NCBI GenBank assembly: GCA_032718475.1
Contig: JAUCBJ010001936.1
Location: 546 to 64,545, forward strand
Direction of reading: 5' to 3'
From: Nemertoderma westbladi
Taxonomy: Eukaryota; Animalia; Xenacoelomorpha
Length of the DNA stretch: 64,000 nt
The position numbers were made by a program, and so were the translations under genes. The notes beneath the pieces are model-generated. The model ran no database searches. It was given only the letters and a program-made list of their open reading frames with translations, and was not told where the DNA came from. Position 1 is the first letter of the stretch. The number at the start of each line of letters is the position of its first letter. Shown in pieces: positions 1 to 11,139 of this stretch.

Positions 1-756
1 TTACGCGCGGGGGGGGGGGGGGGGTTATTCGCCAATGACACCGTCCGTCGCCCAGAATATGAGTTCACAAGTTTGAACGGCCATTAATATTGTACTATAA
101 TTGTCACGCCTTTTCAATGAGAAACTGAAAGTTTTAGTAAGATTTGAAGCAGTTACCGGTACAGATTGTTTCACAGCATTCTGCTTACAATGACAGTTCT
201 GCTCTACTATAGGTATTGATGTTAAAGACTAGCTGTAGTGAGTACCGGTAGGTACTGTATGTACTTCCGGATAAAAGCACCATCTGCAACAACCATTACG
301 CTGAAGTACAGGAGGTAGGCCTTCCTATATGGGATGTACAGTACTACCGTATCACATACTACCGTCATCAAGGACAACTACATTGCAATAATACCGGTCT
401 GCCGGTACTGCTAAACTGGGATACCTTACCGACAAGTCCTATCTGTAATGTACTATATAGTAGGCGAATGCAATACAGTACGGTACGCTAGGCCTACGGT
501 ACTGTACGTCTACTGGTTTGGTAGACTGAACGATCTGCATTGCTGCACCAGCATACTGATGCTGTTTGTAAACGAAACTGTAAAAATGTTAAACAAAAGG
601 ACCTGATCCAGGATTGAACACAGTACTTACACATCTTAATTCTATGGCGTTTTACCGATTGAGCTAACCCGGGGCTGGGATAAATCACCAGAACAACAAC
701 TAAAATTGCATACAACTACCGGACCTACTACAGTATAATAGCCTGCTGCATAGAAG

Positions 757-879
757 CAAGGACTTCTAGAACATAGTATACATTCTAATATAGTATAGTA
801 TACATTAGTACATTACATTAGTATAGTATAGCATACATAGTATACATTCTTAATATATATTATGTTCTAGAAGTCCTTG
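757..879. mobile_element. 123-bp MITE, P-element-like
   Basis: Perfect 19-bp TIRs CAAGGACTTCTAGAACATA (757-775) and TATGTTCTAGAAGTCCTTG (861-879). 7-bp TSD ATAGAAG (750-756, 880-886). AT-rich internal filler. CANRG ends with a 7-8-bp TSD are typical of the P superfamily (classification is inference). Confidence 0.75.
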
Positions 880-929
880 ATAGAAGCTGCACGCACATTG
901 AGATTTTGCTTGACAAAAATATTATTTCC

Positions 930-1795
930 ACTTGCCACCACGCAATCCACAATTGACATGCTCCAATGCAGCGTGCATTAATAATGCTATGCAGGCTTAT
1001 CAACGAAATTGCGCCGCCTGAACTCCCTTCTCACCCATGACTTTCGCGAGATTCTCCGCATCTTCAAGGCTTGCCCTTTAAGTGGGGTCTCAAAAAAGTC
1101 ATGGGTTGTCCACCATGCTTATTTTATCCAGGTGGAGTGGCTGCCAAAGCACAAGATTGTGCATGGTTCTCACAAAAAACCACAAGGTTGGTTCTCACGG
1201 CAAAAGCAATGTCCTGCAAAGCAGAGGTTCAAGTCCTTTGTTCAAGTGTCAAGCTTGGGAAACCAATGAGACACCTCCAATGTCATATACAGTAGTGTCT
1301 GGTTGGAGATGTATGTATTACTGTATAATATACTTGACACAGTGAAGACGATGTAGGATTATTGTGTATGTGCCATCCAGAGATTTGGTATCCTCAGCAG
1401 TTAGATCCCAGCATGGACTCCCATAGATGAGTAGTGGTACTAAACTGCTGCTCTAAATAATCGAACCTTAATTAAGTTTCTGATATATTTTGTTTAAATA
1501 CCAAAACCTGGAAAGCTCAATTAATGATGCCCGCCCATGACTTTCCCTTACTTATTATAAGGTCCCTCACCTGACTTCTGGATCTCAGCTCAAGCACACC
1601 CTCCTTGAATGTTATGCTCATTGACATTTCCTGAAGTAGAGTAAACAAAAATATAAACACTAGAAGCAGCTTTCTCCAATGAGATGAGAGCCGTTATGCA
1701 CCCTCTTGATTCCGAGAGTACTCATCACCAAAGTCAAGATCGGTGTCCTATTGGCGCCAATGCTTTAACCCGCAATAACATTGGAATTCAGGAAT
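930..1795 (-). mobile_element. Degenerate 3' fragment of an RTE-clade LINE
   Basis: Co-linear nucleotide similarity to 9350-10350 (e.g. gtgtcaagcttggga.accaatgagacacctccaatg, tcctcagcagttaga.cccagcatggactccc), with many frameshifts. Boundaries approximate. Confidence 0.8.
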
Positions 1796-2077
1796 TAAGG
1801 CCACATGCACTGAAAAACTGTATGAAACACTTTGATGACAGCTGTTTAGTATTTATTTAGTTTATTGAAGACTAATGTTATAATTATAATGTAAAAGTTG
1901 CCTGAGCATTGCTGTAAGAATCATCCAGACTGTACTTATGGTAGATCAGTAAGTAGGGTATGTTGAGATAAATAATGCATTACATCTGTAGTAATTTAGA
2001 ATAGAATGCCTTGGTTATATCTTATTTGTGTATAAACTCAAACTGGCATTTAAAACATCATACACCGACTTGCTGCA

Positions 2078-5000
2078 ATGACTGAATCTATCATATCAGA
2101 GTTTATTAATTCCATATTCATGGATGTAGATGTCCTTCTGTCCAGCTTTAACAGACCAACTCCGCATAATAGTACACTTTTACATGTACACGATGCTCAG
2201 AATGAAACTAAACCCAAGAAATATCTAGCTGAAAGTTCTCAATCTACAGCGCATTATGCTAGACATCACTTCACTTCTCTTGGTTTAAATTGTTCAGATC
2301 ACCAAAAGAAATTACAATTAATTTCTGTGACTGAGTTGAATACATTTAAGGATTCAGAGATGAGTTTATTTGGCCAACCCTTCCTTACTCAACTTCACTA
2401 TCCTAACATAATTCATGTAATACCAGATATCATTTCGGAAATGCTACATGATACATTCCCTCAATCTAATTCATTAAATGTTAGGCATGGTTTAAACAGG
2501 AGGACAAACATACCAACATCACGTTTCAGTAACAATCATTCTTACTATGGGAACCAAGTTTTTGTATATAGTAATAGACAAATTTGCAGTTTGGAATTTC
2601 CTCCACCGCCTTTGTCCGTATCACCAATAACTAACTGTGTTAGAACACAAATGAGATCAAGCGAAGAAAGCTCAGAAATTATGGTCTCTGTTTTGGATAA
2701 CCCTGTCATCAGTAATGTGTTAAGTTGCCTTAAAGACCTATACAATGTATTGTGTTCAAAGAGACAACTACCACTATTTAAAGACTGTGAAGTTCAATCC
2801 AGTGTATCACATTTTCGGTCTGAAAGCTTGACATTATTAGTTTGTATCCATGGTTCCAGTTCTGTTCCAACTTTTATGAAATTTGATTTGCCAATCACAC
2901 CAGATATTGGCCTAATAAGTAACCAAATACCATTTTTTGGCATACAAGGAACGGATGCCAAATTTCACAGTATCAATGGCTTCATCCATGTTATTGATAA
3001 CATTTTAAACCAGATAGGCAATAAACAAACTACTTCCATCGTGCACCCTTTGCTTAATAACTTAGCCTTGCTGCCAAACTCTTCTGTTTCTGGGGATAAG
3101 TCTGTCTCCATAAAATCATATGATTCCTATCATGACATTGATGACAAAGCAATAGTTTATAATATTGGTTTATCAGAGCCTCCTGTTACTCCAAGAATCT
3201 TAATTGGCAGCAAGAGGAAAATATGGAAGGGCCTTAGTTCAGAAAATGTACATCACCAGTATTTATGTCGTGAAACTTTAGCTGATTCAGTTTTGCCAAC
3301 AGGCAAGGCAATTAGTGAATATACTGGATATAAAGCACATCCCCATCATAACGAACATATTACTGATCAATTCATAAATATTTATCCACCAAAGCGCCAA
3401 AAATTGGATAACAGGAAATATGTTGTAAGTGTATTTGGTGGCAATTTTGGCAAGATGGAGATGCACACACAAATACAAACGAAGGATTTGGAATATCAGT
3501 ACCAGGAAGACTGTAAATTGAATAATAAAAATGGTGAATTTTACAATATTCAACATTTATTATTAGATATGTTCTACCAAGACAAATTTATACATGATAA
3601 TATCGATAAATATTACACATATCCATGTGCACAAACTAATAATATGAACCAAGATTATCAATGTGATGAAATGCTATTGAGTTCTGATTTAGCAGTAAAA
3701 GACCAGCTGGCCAATATAAAAGAAGCCATTGATATTGGATCAAAATCAATTAATGAAAGTCAAGATGTCAACTATTTGAATAACAAAGATATAGAAGGAG
3801 GCCAAGTCAATGCAACTCCAAATACAACCAAATTTATGGAAGTCATACCTATCAAAGGAGAGCAAGTTAATACAAATGTGGATGACATTTGTATTGTAAG
3901 ACAATATATTGTAGATAATAATAAACCTTTGGAACTCATGGATTTTGATGAAATTATTGAATGTGAGAATGTTGTGCGAGCCACTGCACACTTTGCAAAT
4001 GAAGGTATAATATCAGAAAATATTCATGTTGAGGAAACTACAAATAAAGAAATTAAAATAATCAATGAAACTGACCAGGTGGTTGCTGAACACAGTGATA
4101 CTGTAAGAAAACATATTGAAAGAAGTAATGAAGAAAACCTTAATATTGAACAGCTAGGTGTTATGGGAATTAATATAAAATACATTGATAGGGAGGATGC
4201 TTTAGGATATACCAATCCTATGGACAACTATGGTAAAGAAAAATTCCTTCGAAGTGGCAATATAATGATTAATGATAATGATATGCAATCAAAACAAATT
4301 GAGAGAGAACATGTCCATTTATATCATCATGCTATGGAAGACACAGAAAGTGTAGGAAATAGTCGAATTTCCAAAAATATCAACAATGAACATGAACAGG
4401 GTGAATTATATGAAAAGGAACAAGTCGTTTGTGATGATAATGAAATTAAACTTGTTATAGAAAATAATTTGGTTGAAACGGATATTGAAATTATAAGAGA
4501 ACATATTGAAAATTTCCACGATATGTATATTGAGCAATGTATCGATATTGACACAAACAAGGTTCTGCAAAACGAAAGCATAGGAGATATTGATATTACT
4601 AAAATGGAACACTTAGCAGTTGATATTGAAGATCCTCATAAGATTGCTGTTAAAAGAGATCCAATTACAAAAAAGGAACACATTGCAGAAGACAATCATT
4701 ATATAAGATATATAATGAAAGAAGCAATGAATGCTGTTATTACAGAAGATAAAATTATTGATAAAATATATGTTAATCAAGAACATCCTGATAATATCCA
4801 TGTTGTAAAAGACCTGGACATTAAAAGAAATTACCAGGTTGGCGAATTCTTGGATATTCAAAATGACAATGCTGTCACAAACCTGGATATTGAATATGAT
4901 CACGTTTCGGCAGACCTGGATAATGCATTGGAGCAGGTGGTGGATGAATTGGACATTGAATATGACCAGATCATGGCAGATCTTTATATTGGAAATGACC

Positions 5001-7003
5001 AATTTAGTAAAATTGACAATTTTGAGGAAGAAAACATAGATGTTACGCTTGAATATGGTGAATATGACCAAATTGTGGCAAACTTGGATATTGAAAATGA
5101 TCAGGTTGTAGCAGACTTGCAAATTGAAAATGACCAGGTTGTAGCAGACCTTGATATTGAAAATGATCAGGTTGTAGCAGACCTGGATATTGAAAATGGT
5201 GATGTTGTGGCACTCCTGCAAATTGAAAATGACCAAGTTGTAGCAGACCTTGATATTGAAAATGATCAGGTTGTAGCAGACCTTGATATTGAAAATGATC
5301 AGGTTGTAGCAGACCTTGATATTGAAAATGATCAGGTTGTAGCAGACCTTGATATTGAAAATGATCAGGTTGTAGCAGACCTTGATATTGAAAATGATCA
5401 GGTTGTAGCAGACCTGGAAATTGAAAATGACCAGATTGTGGCAGACCTGCCAATTGAAAATGATCAGGTTGTAGCAGACCTGGATATTGAAAATGGTCAT
5501 GTTGTGGCAGACCTGGAAATTGAAAATGGCCTGGTTGTAGCAGACAAGAATATGGAAAATGATCAGGTTGTGGCAAATCTGGATACTGAAAATGATCACA
5601 TGGTCGAAGACCTGGATATAAAAAATAAATCATTTATCAAAATCTACAATTTTGTCGAAGAAGAAGTGAACATTAAAAAAGAAGAACATGGTGAAAATTA
5701 CCAGTTAGTTGAAGACCTGCATTTTGAAAATGATGAAGTTATCTCAGACCTGGATATTGTATATAAACAGATTGTGGCTGATGTGGATATGAAAAATTAT
5801 CATTATGGTAAGACTAATAATTTTGCGAAGAAAGACATTGATGACAAGGGAGAACATGATGAAAATGCCAATTTTCTTGAAACAATTTCCATTAACAGAA
5901 AACTATTAGATAATGTCCAGGTCGAAACATCCTGTTCTATTGAAAGAGAACAATGTGTATCGGAACATATGGCAGTGAATTTTTATATGGACATAGGCCA
6001 TTTGGATGATACGTATAGAAATATGGAGGATGATGATCTTGATAATATTGATTCAAACTTCTTTAAAGATAAGATTACAATGGGTCAAACATCAAATAAT
6101 GCGAGTCAAGGGATAGTGTTTGAAAAGGATGGGGAGCAAAAGCAATCAAACAATCGAAGAAAATGGAATCAAGATGAGGATGATTCTAGAATAATTAGCA
6201 ATGTTGATTGGAACAGCAGTGTCATCAACAAACATGTTAATATAGCGGATGATAATTTAGGAGACAGACCAAACAAAAGGTTCCGGACAGAAATATGTCA
6301 ACAATCATTTCGTTTTGATCCTGTTTGTGGGGAAAAATCTGACTCCAATGTGAATGTGGAAGTAAGTTCGCATGACGATAACAGCAATCCAAGGTACTCC
6401 TTAAAGTTCACTCAGGAATATCAATCAGGAACCAGTCAGCATGGAATCTTTGATGGTGAATCTAACAACGATCGACTCAGCAATGGTTTTGAACACGAGC
6501 AGCTTCATGGAGGTAAATTTAGTCAACCAACACACAGTCCAGTATTCCATTGTGAGGTTTCTGGTGCAAATCTTCAGGATGAAACAACTGATCAAAAGTC
6601 TCCAATCATACCGTTGTGTAGTGCACCATCGCGTAATGTTTCATCCACTGACGATTTCAATAAATCTACTAAAGCAATCACGAAACCCCTAGAGCATTCA
6701 GCGTCTCTTCGAGATCAACTTGTACCAGAAACACCAGTTGGTAGTGATGATGAAGCTGATGATTTTCTGGAAACCTTTGACGACATTCAATCTTTGAAAC
6801 AGGTCTATACAGACGTGGATGCTTCTCTGATACCAGCCAGTCTACTTCGGTGTCACCAGGCTGTATCCCAATCGGAATTTGTCCCACCACCAGCAGCGCA
6901 TTCTCTACTACGACCCGCCCCCATACACTTCCAGCACAATATATGCCGCTCTTTGGGACTAACCAGATCCAAGTCTAGGTTCAACTTACATCCATACCAC
7001 TAA
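2078..7003 (+). CDS. 1641-aa intronless, largely acidic/disordered protein with a C-terminal RAD51-interacting-like motif (RAD51AP2-like)
   Basis: Uninterrupted 4.9-kb ORF that is mostly non-repetitive. In-frame TAA upstream at 2051 and AATAAA at 7081. C-terminus RSLGLTRSKSRFNLHPYH matches the motif and spacing I recall for RAD51AP2 (RIGLSRKARIKQLHPY) and RAD51AP1 (RLGLSRLARVKPLHP). That it is coding is well supported; the family call is inference. Confidence 0.75.
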   Translation: MTESIISEFINSIFMDVDVLLSSFNRPTPHNSTLLHVHDAQNETKPKKYLAESSQSTAHYARHHFTSLGLNCSDHQKKLQLISVTELNTFKDSEMSLFGQPFLTQLHYPNIIHVIPDIISEMLHDTFPQSNSLNVRHGLNRRTNIPTSRFSNNHSYYGNQVFVYSNRQICSLEFPPPPLSVSPITNCVRTQMRSSEESSEIMVSVLDNPVISNVLSCLKDLYNVLCSKRQLPLFKDCEVQSSVSHFRSESLTLLVCIHGSSSVPTFMKFDLPITPDIGLISNQIPFFGIQGTDAKFHSINGFIHVIDNILNQIGNKQTTSIVHPLLNNLALLPNSSVSGDKSVSIKSYDSYHDIDDKAIVYNIGLSEPPVTPRILIGSKRKIWKGLSSENVHHQYLCRETLADSVLPTGKAISEYTGYKAHPHHNEHITDQFINIYPPKRQKLDNRKYVVSVFGGNFGKMEMHTQIQTKDLEYQYQEDCKLNNKNGEFYNIQHLLLDMFYQDKFIHDNIDKYYTYPCAQTNNMNQDYQCDEMLLSSDLAVKDQLANIKEAIDIGSKSINESQDVNYLNNKDIEGGQVNATPNTTKFMEVIPIKGEQVNTNVDDICIVRQYIVDNNKPLELMDFDEIIECENVVRATAHFANEGIISENIHVEETTNKEIKIINETDQVVAEHSDTVRKHIERSNEENLNIEQLGVMGINIKYIDREDALGYTNPMDNYGKEKFLRSGNIMINDNDMQSKQIEREHVHLYHHAMEDTESVGNSRISKNINNEHEQGELYEKEQVVCDDNEIKLVIENNLVETDIEIIREHIENFHDMYIEQCIDIDTNKVLQNESIGDIDITKMEHLAVDIEDPHKIAVKRDPITKKEHIAEDNHYIRYIMKEAMNAVITEDKIIDKIYVNQEHPDNIHVVKDLDIKRNYQVGEFLDIQNDNAVTNLDIEYDHVSADLDNALEQVVDELDIEYDQIMADLYIGNDQFSKIDNFEEENIDVTLEYGEYDQIVANLDIENDQVVADLQIENDQVVADLDIENDQVVADLDIENGDVVALLQIENDQVVADLDIENDQVVADLDIENDQVVADLDIENDQVVADLDIENDQVVADLDIENDQVVADLEIENDQIVADLPIENDQVVADLDIENGHVVADLEIENGLVVADKNMENDQVVANLDTENDHMVEDLDIKNKSFIKIYNFVEEEVNIKKEEHGENYQLVEDLHFENDEVISDLDIVYKQIVADVDMKNYHYGKTNNFAKKDIDDKGEHDENANFLETISINRKLLDNVQVETSCSIEREQCVSEHMAVNFYMDIGHLDDTYRNMEDDDLDNIDSNFFKDKITMGQTSNNASQGIVFEKDGEQKQSNNRRKWNQDEDDSRIISNVDWNSSVINKHVNIADDNLGDRPNKRFRTEICQQSFRFDPVCGEKSDSNVNVEVSSHDDNSNPRYSLKFTQEYQSGTSQHGIFDGESNNDRLSNGFEHEQLHGGKFSQPTHSPVFHCEVSGANLQDETTDQKSPIIPLCSAPSRNVSSTDDFNKSTKAITKPLEHSASLRDQLVPETPVGSDDEADDFLETFDDIQSLKQVYTDVDASLIPASLLRCHQAVSQSEFVPPPAAHSLLRPAPIHFQHNICRSLGLTRSKSRFNLHPYH
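5065..5620 (+). repeat. 33-bp coding minisatellite (ADLDIENDQVV)n inside the 1641-aa ORF
   Basis: Unit GCAGACCTTGATATTGAAAATGATCAGGTTGTA, about 16-17 core copies. Degenerate copies extend over roughly 4800-5790. Confidence 0.95.
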
Positions 7004-7080
7004 TTAAGGACGAACTGTTGGCTCCGAAGTTTATATTTTATTTACTTATTTTGTCAAATTATTTTGTGATATTATATATT

Positions 7081-7086
7081 AATAAA
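7081..7086 (+). promoter_or_regulatory. Putative polyadenylation signal of the 1641-aa gene
   Basis: AATAAA 78 nt after the stop codon, followed by T/GT-rich sequence. Confidence 0.5.
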
Positions 7087-7785
7087 TGTGTATTTTATCA
7101 TTTAAAATAGTATTTATTTATTACAGTGGTGTAATGAAAGCGGAAATTATCTAAGACTTAGCATTTGATTTTTGATTTTATATTAATAGTTTAACTTTAA
7201 TAATTTATTTTGTACAAGTTATTTTATTATTTTCTAAGACTTAGAAAGTACCAGATATTATTAACCGTATTTGTATTACATAAATACCTGGTAAATATTT
7301 AAATAGCTTATTGTTTGAATATTTGTTGTAATGTTGAAATAATATTAATGTTATTATATTTTATGTAAGAATTACATGTAATTATTGTTTTGTTTATGTA
7401 ACACCACCAGTAAGCAATATTTTTTAATTTAATTCCCAATTGAACTATTTCCCTTGTAGTTTTTTTTTGTTTATTTAATTTACTCGGTTTATGTATGCGG
7501 AATGGCTATTTAAGATTTTATTACATTGTTTAAAACGCAACTGAAACTGATCAATAATTTATAATTTAATCTTCTACCGAAATGAAAGTTTAATTTGTTG
7601 AAAAGCGGAGAGATTGCCTTGTGGGGACCTAAAATTACAGTCACCAGTTACAACTTCCCAAAACCCATTTTAATTTTAACAAAAAAGTTAAATATTACTA
7701 AATTAGTTTGTTTCTCAGTGATTATTTGATATTTATTTTATCTATCCAAACATTTTGTAAGTCGAGCTTATAATATATGTGTAAG

Positions 7786-7884
7786 TACAGTTTAATAAGT
7801 ATAATATTATATGAGTACACTACACGTCCATACAGTTTAATAAGTATAATATTATATGAGTACACTACACGTCCATACAGTTTA
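7786..7884. repeat. 45-bp tandem duplication (about 2.2 copies)
   Basis: TACAGTTTAATAAGTATAATATTATATGAGTACACTACACGTCCA repeated exactly, then TACAGTTTAA. Confidence 0.9.
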
Positions 7885-8153
7885 AATTTCGTTTGGTTTA
7901 TATGTATAGGCAAAACTGAAGGTCTACAGGTACCAATTAATATCAATTTTTGTCGTGTATGGTAAATGATCTATTTATGATATAATTCAGACCTAATTAA
8001 ATTGTTTATAAGTTTAAAACTTCATGATAAATATACAGTGCGGTCATTGAAAATTATTTTTTATGTAAATTATACTTTAGCTAGCAGAGCACCCTGCTGC
8101 TACCAGAAAACCGGTGTTGTTAATATAGTAAATAAATATACAGGATAATTGAT

Positions 8154-8509
8154 TTATTATTGGTGTTATTGGTGAATGAGTGGCTTCATAATATTATAAC
8201 TTTTTGTTGGGCACAGCTTTTTGCAAAGTCGGCAATGACGTCCAGGTGGGATCGAACTGGTGACCTCCGGGTTGGAAGTCTGACGCTCTATCCATTCAGC
8301 TAGCGGCTCAGGTAAAAGATAGACCTGGAAATACTATCTGATACGCTTGTACTGTATGTCCGAATTTACCTCCTCATGGTGTATCTTTAACCTGAGCCGC
8401 TAGCTGAATGGTTAGAGCGTCAGACTTCCAACCCGGATGTCACCAGTTCGATCCCCACTGGACGTCATTGCCGGCTTTGCTAAAAGCTGTGCCCAACAAA
8501 AAGTTATAA
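8154..8509. mobile_element. Palindromic element with two divergent tRNA-derived arms
   Basis: Arms at about 8194-8320 and 8382-8509 are near-perfect reverse complements. Each has a Pol III A box (TAGCTGAATGG), a B box (GTTCGATCC) and an anticodon-loop-like CTTCCAA. A 12-bp direct repeat AGGATAATTGAT lies at 8142-8153 and 8509-8520. Confidence 0.8.
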
Positions 8510-8833
8510 GGATAATTGATGGGATATTGAGTTACTATCATCCACTAGTGGAGTAGCATAGCGAAATAATTGTGACAAAATTGCGAAAATATTTTGTGAG
8601 TAACATTGGTTATACAGATGACAAAAATCCCCTGCTCCAAAAATATTTATAGTGGACGGCTGGAAATTCTAAAGAAATTGGCATAATCTAAGCCATACAA
8701 AAGGTACAGTAGTAGAGTAAGGAAGAATAAGGATCGAAATTGTGACGTTCTAGAATAATTTAATTAATTTTGCAATTTGCTGTGATTCGATAGGAAAGGT
8801 AATTAACACTGACTTGTCACACATTGATTGATA

Positions 8834-8957
8834 ATAACTTTTTGTTGGGCAAAGCTTTTGCAAAGCAATGACGTCCAGGTGGGATCGAACTGGTGACCTC
8901 CGGGTTGGAAGTCTGACGTTGCCGACTTTGCAAAAGCTGTGCCAAACAAAAAGTTAT
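8834..8957. mobile_element. Internally deleted copy of the tRNA-armed palindromic element
   Basis: Same termini ATAACTTTTTGTTGGGCA...TGCCAAACAAAAAGTTAT. It retains only one partial tRNA-like arm. Confidence 0.8.
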
Positions 8958-9339
8958 AATAATATGATACATCTCAGTAACTAGAAATGGCAAACAATTT
9001 ATAATTAGATCAATATAATTCCATCACATATTTAAGGTAACTGTTGCAAAAAATTATACAATAGCACTGCAAGAAATTTAATAATTTCCACTTATTATAG
9101 CGAAGATTTTCACATAAATTTATATAATTATCATAGTTTTAAAACCACAATATTTTATTATATTACGAGTGAATTATTTTGGGAACAAGGTTTTTGAAAT
9201 CTGAGTGGGTTAAATTCACTTGGTGGTTTCTCTAGACGCAATCAAAATTAAACCTACTGTAGTTCAGGGGAAGTCGGAACAGCTATAATTGCGAGCGAAA
9301 ATGAAACTGTAACCTACGGGTATATTATTGATACCCATT

Positions 9340-10350
9340 GTTCTACTAGGATCGGCATGCTGCATTGCGCAGCTGCATTTTTAAGAATGCTGTGCCGGCT
9401 TATCGACAAAATTGCACCGCCACAACTCCCTATCACCCATGAGATTTGCTAGATCATCCGCATCTTCAAGGCCAGTGTCCTTTAAGATGCGTCTCAAGAA
9501 AGTCATGGGCTGTCCACCATGCTTATTCACTCCATGAGGCTGCCAAAGTACAAGATTATGCACTGGATGGTCCTCACGGCGAAAGCAATGTCCTGCAAAG
9601 CGGAGGCGATTTTGTTCTAGTGTCAAGCTTGGAGGATCCAATGAGACACCTCCAATGTTATATAGTGTCTGGTTGGAGATGTGTGCATTGGACTTGACAC
9701 AATGAACCCGGCGTAGCATTCTTGTGAATGTGCCGTCCAGAGATTGGGTGTCCTCAGCAGTTAGAGCCCAGCATGGACTCCCATAGAGGAGTACTGGAAC
9801 TACTGCTGCTCTAAATAACCGGACCTTAAGTTTCCGATTAATTCTCGGTGACTTCCAAATCCTGGAAAGCCTATTCAAGGCTGCCCATGCCTTTCCCTTA
9901 CGTATTCGAAGGTCCTCACCTGACTTCCGGATCCATGATCCCAGGTAACAGAAGTCATCCACATCCACAAGTTTGTCCCCCACAAAGTGTCAAGTGTCAT
10001 CCACAAGTCAAGCATACCATCTTTTGAGCTTATGCTCATCCGATCAGAGAGTTGCTGAGGACTTTCAAAGTTAACTGTCAATATTTTGGTCTTTCTGGAG
10101 TTAATAAAAAGACCAACACTAGAAGCAGCATGTTCTAATGAGCTGAGGAGCCGTTGGGCTCCCTCTAGTGATTCTGAGAGTACTACTAAGTCATCAGCAA
10201 AGTCTAGATCAGTTAGGTACTTGGCAGGATTTCCTCGACTTCTGGAGCCAATAGGTGGAGTTATCATCACCCCATCATCATTATGATGATCTAAGGACAT
10301 GCGTAGAACATAGTCAACAACAATTATGAACAAGAATGGTGCAAGTGTTC
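9340..10350 (-). mobile_element. 5'-truncated RTE-clade LINE (RT C-terminal half), frameshifted
   Basis: ORFs 9875-10372 and 9381-9983 give LAPFLFIIVVDYVLR, DLDFADD, GLFINSRKTK, FCYLGS, PVLLYG, RLRFAGH and LVLWQP..G, which are motifs typical of RTE-clade ORF2. Confidence 0.88.
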
Positions 10351-11139
10351 CATGTTGTTCGGAAAATTTCAAATAAGCTAAATCAACACAAACAGGTTAC
10401 ATAAACTCCTGGATTACAGCCCAAACCCTAATTAAAACTGTCTTGTAACCCTATCCTAAAGATTGTGAAATAATTCGGGTAAATAGTGATTGTCCGACAT
10501 TCAAAAACAATTCTAGATCTGGTAGAATTCGACAGCAGGGGCTTCACTTTATCATTAACCACATGCAATAAGGACTATGTATGAGATCATTGCGACAAAC
10601 TAGGTAAAGATGGTTAAAATTTAACATTAAACACATTTTATACACCTAAATGCTATTATCATCTTTTATTTGCTTTGCAGATTCGGAAAATTGCTGCTCC
10701 TTTTAACAAAATTGAAGACAATTTCGGTAGACGATATCTGTCAACTCTTCTTCAACAACATCATCGACCGACATAATGTAAACAGAGTCATCTTCCAGAT
10801 AATGAAGGAATAACTGAAATGTTTACCAACTGCTTCAGCCAATTCATGGGAAGTCCTTAATTATACAGTAGTTGTGTGTAAACGAGTTCATAAACTACTG
10901 TAGGCCTAGACCTAGATCTATGTACAAGGGTGCAGCAACAACATAAAAGTTATTTCTTGAATTTTTCACTACGTTCTTGAGTTTGTTTATTTTTTAAGCA
11001 CCTCCCACCCCCCCTAAAGCTTGTAAAGCTCTTAAACAATATTAAATCTAACAAGTTACTGCAACCAAATGTAAATCGTGTGAGGCGGATGTTTAGAAGG
11101 GCGCGCCACAGTAACCCTTAATGTTACATTTACTCACCT

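Noticed and set aside
4613-5633. Minus-strand ORFs of 328 and 196 aa
   Set aside because: Antisense shadows of the 33-bp coding repeat in the 1641-aa gene.
8235-8468. Functional tRNA-Gly(TCC) genes
   Set aside because: Anticodon and acceptor stems pair poorly, and the sequences are arms of a repeated palindromic element.
10640-10850. Coding-like minus-strand stretch (HELAEAVGKHF / LEDDSVYIMSVDDVVEEELTDIVY)
   Set aside because: Needs a frameshift, contains stops, and has no convincing splice sites or recognisable family. At most a decayed remnant.
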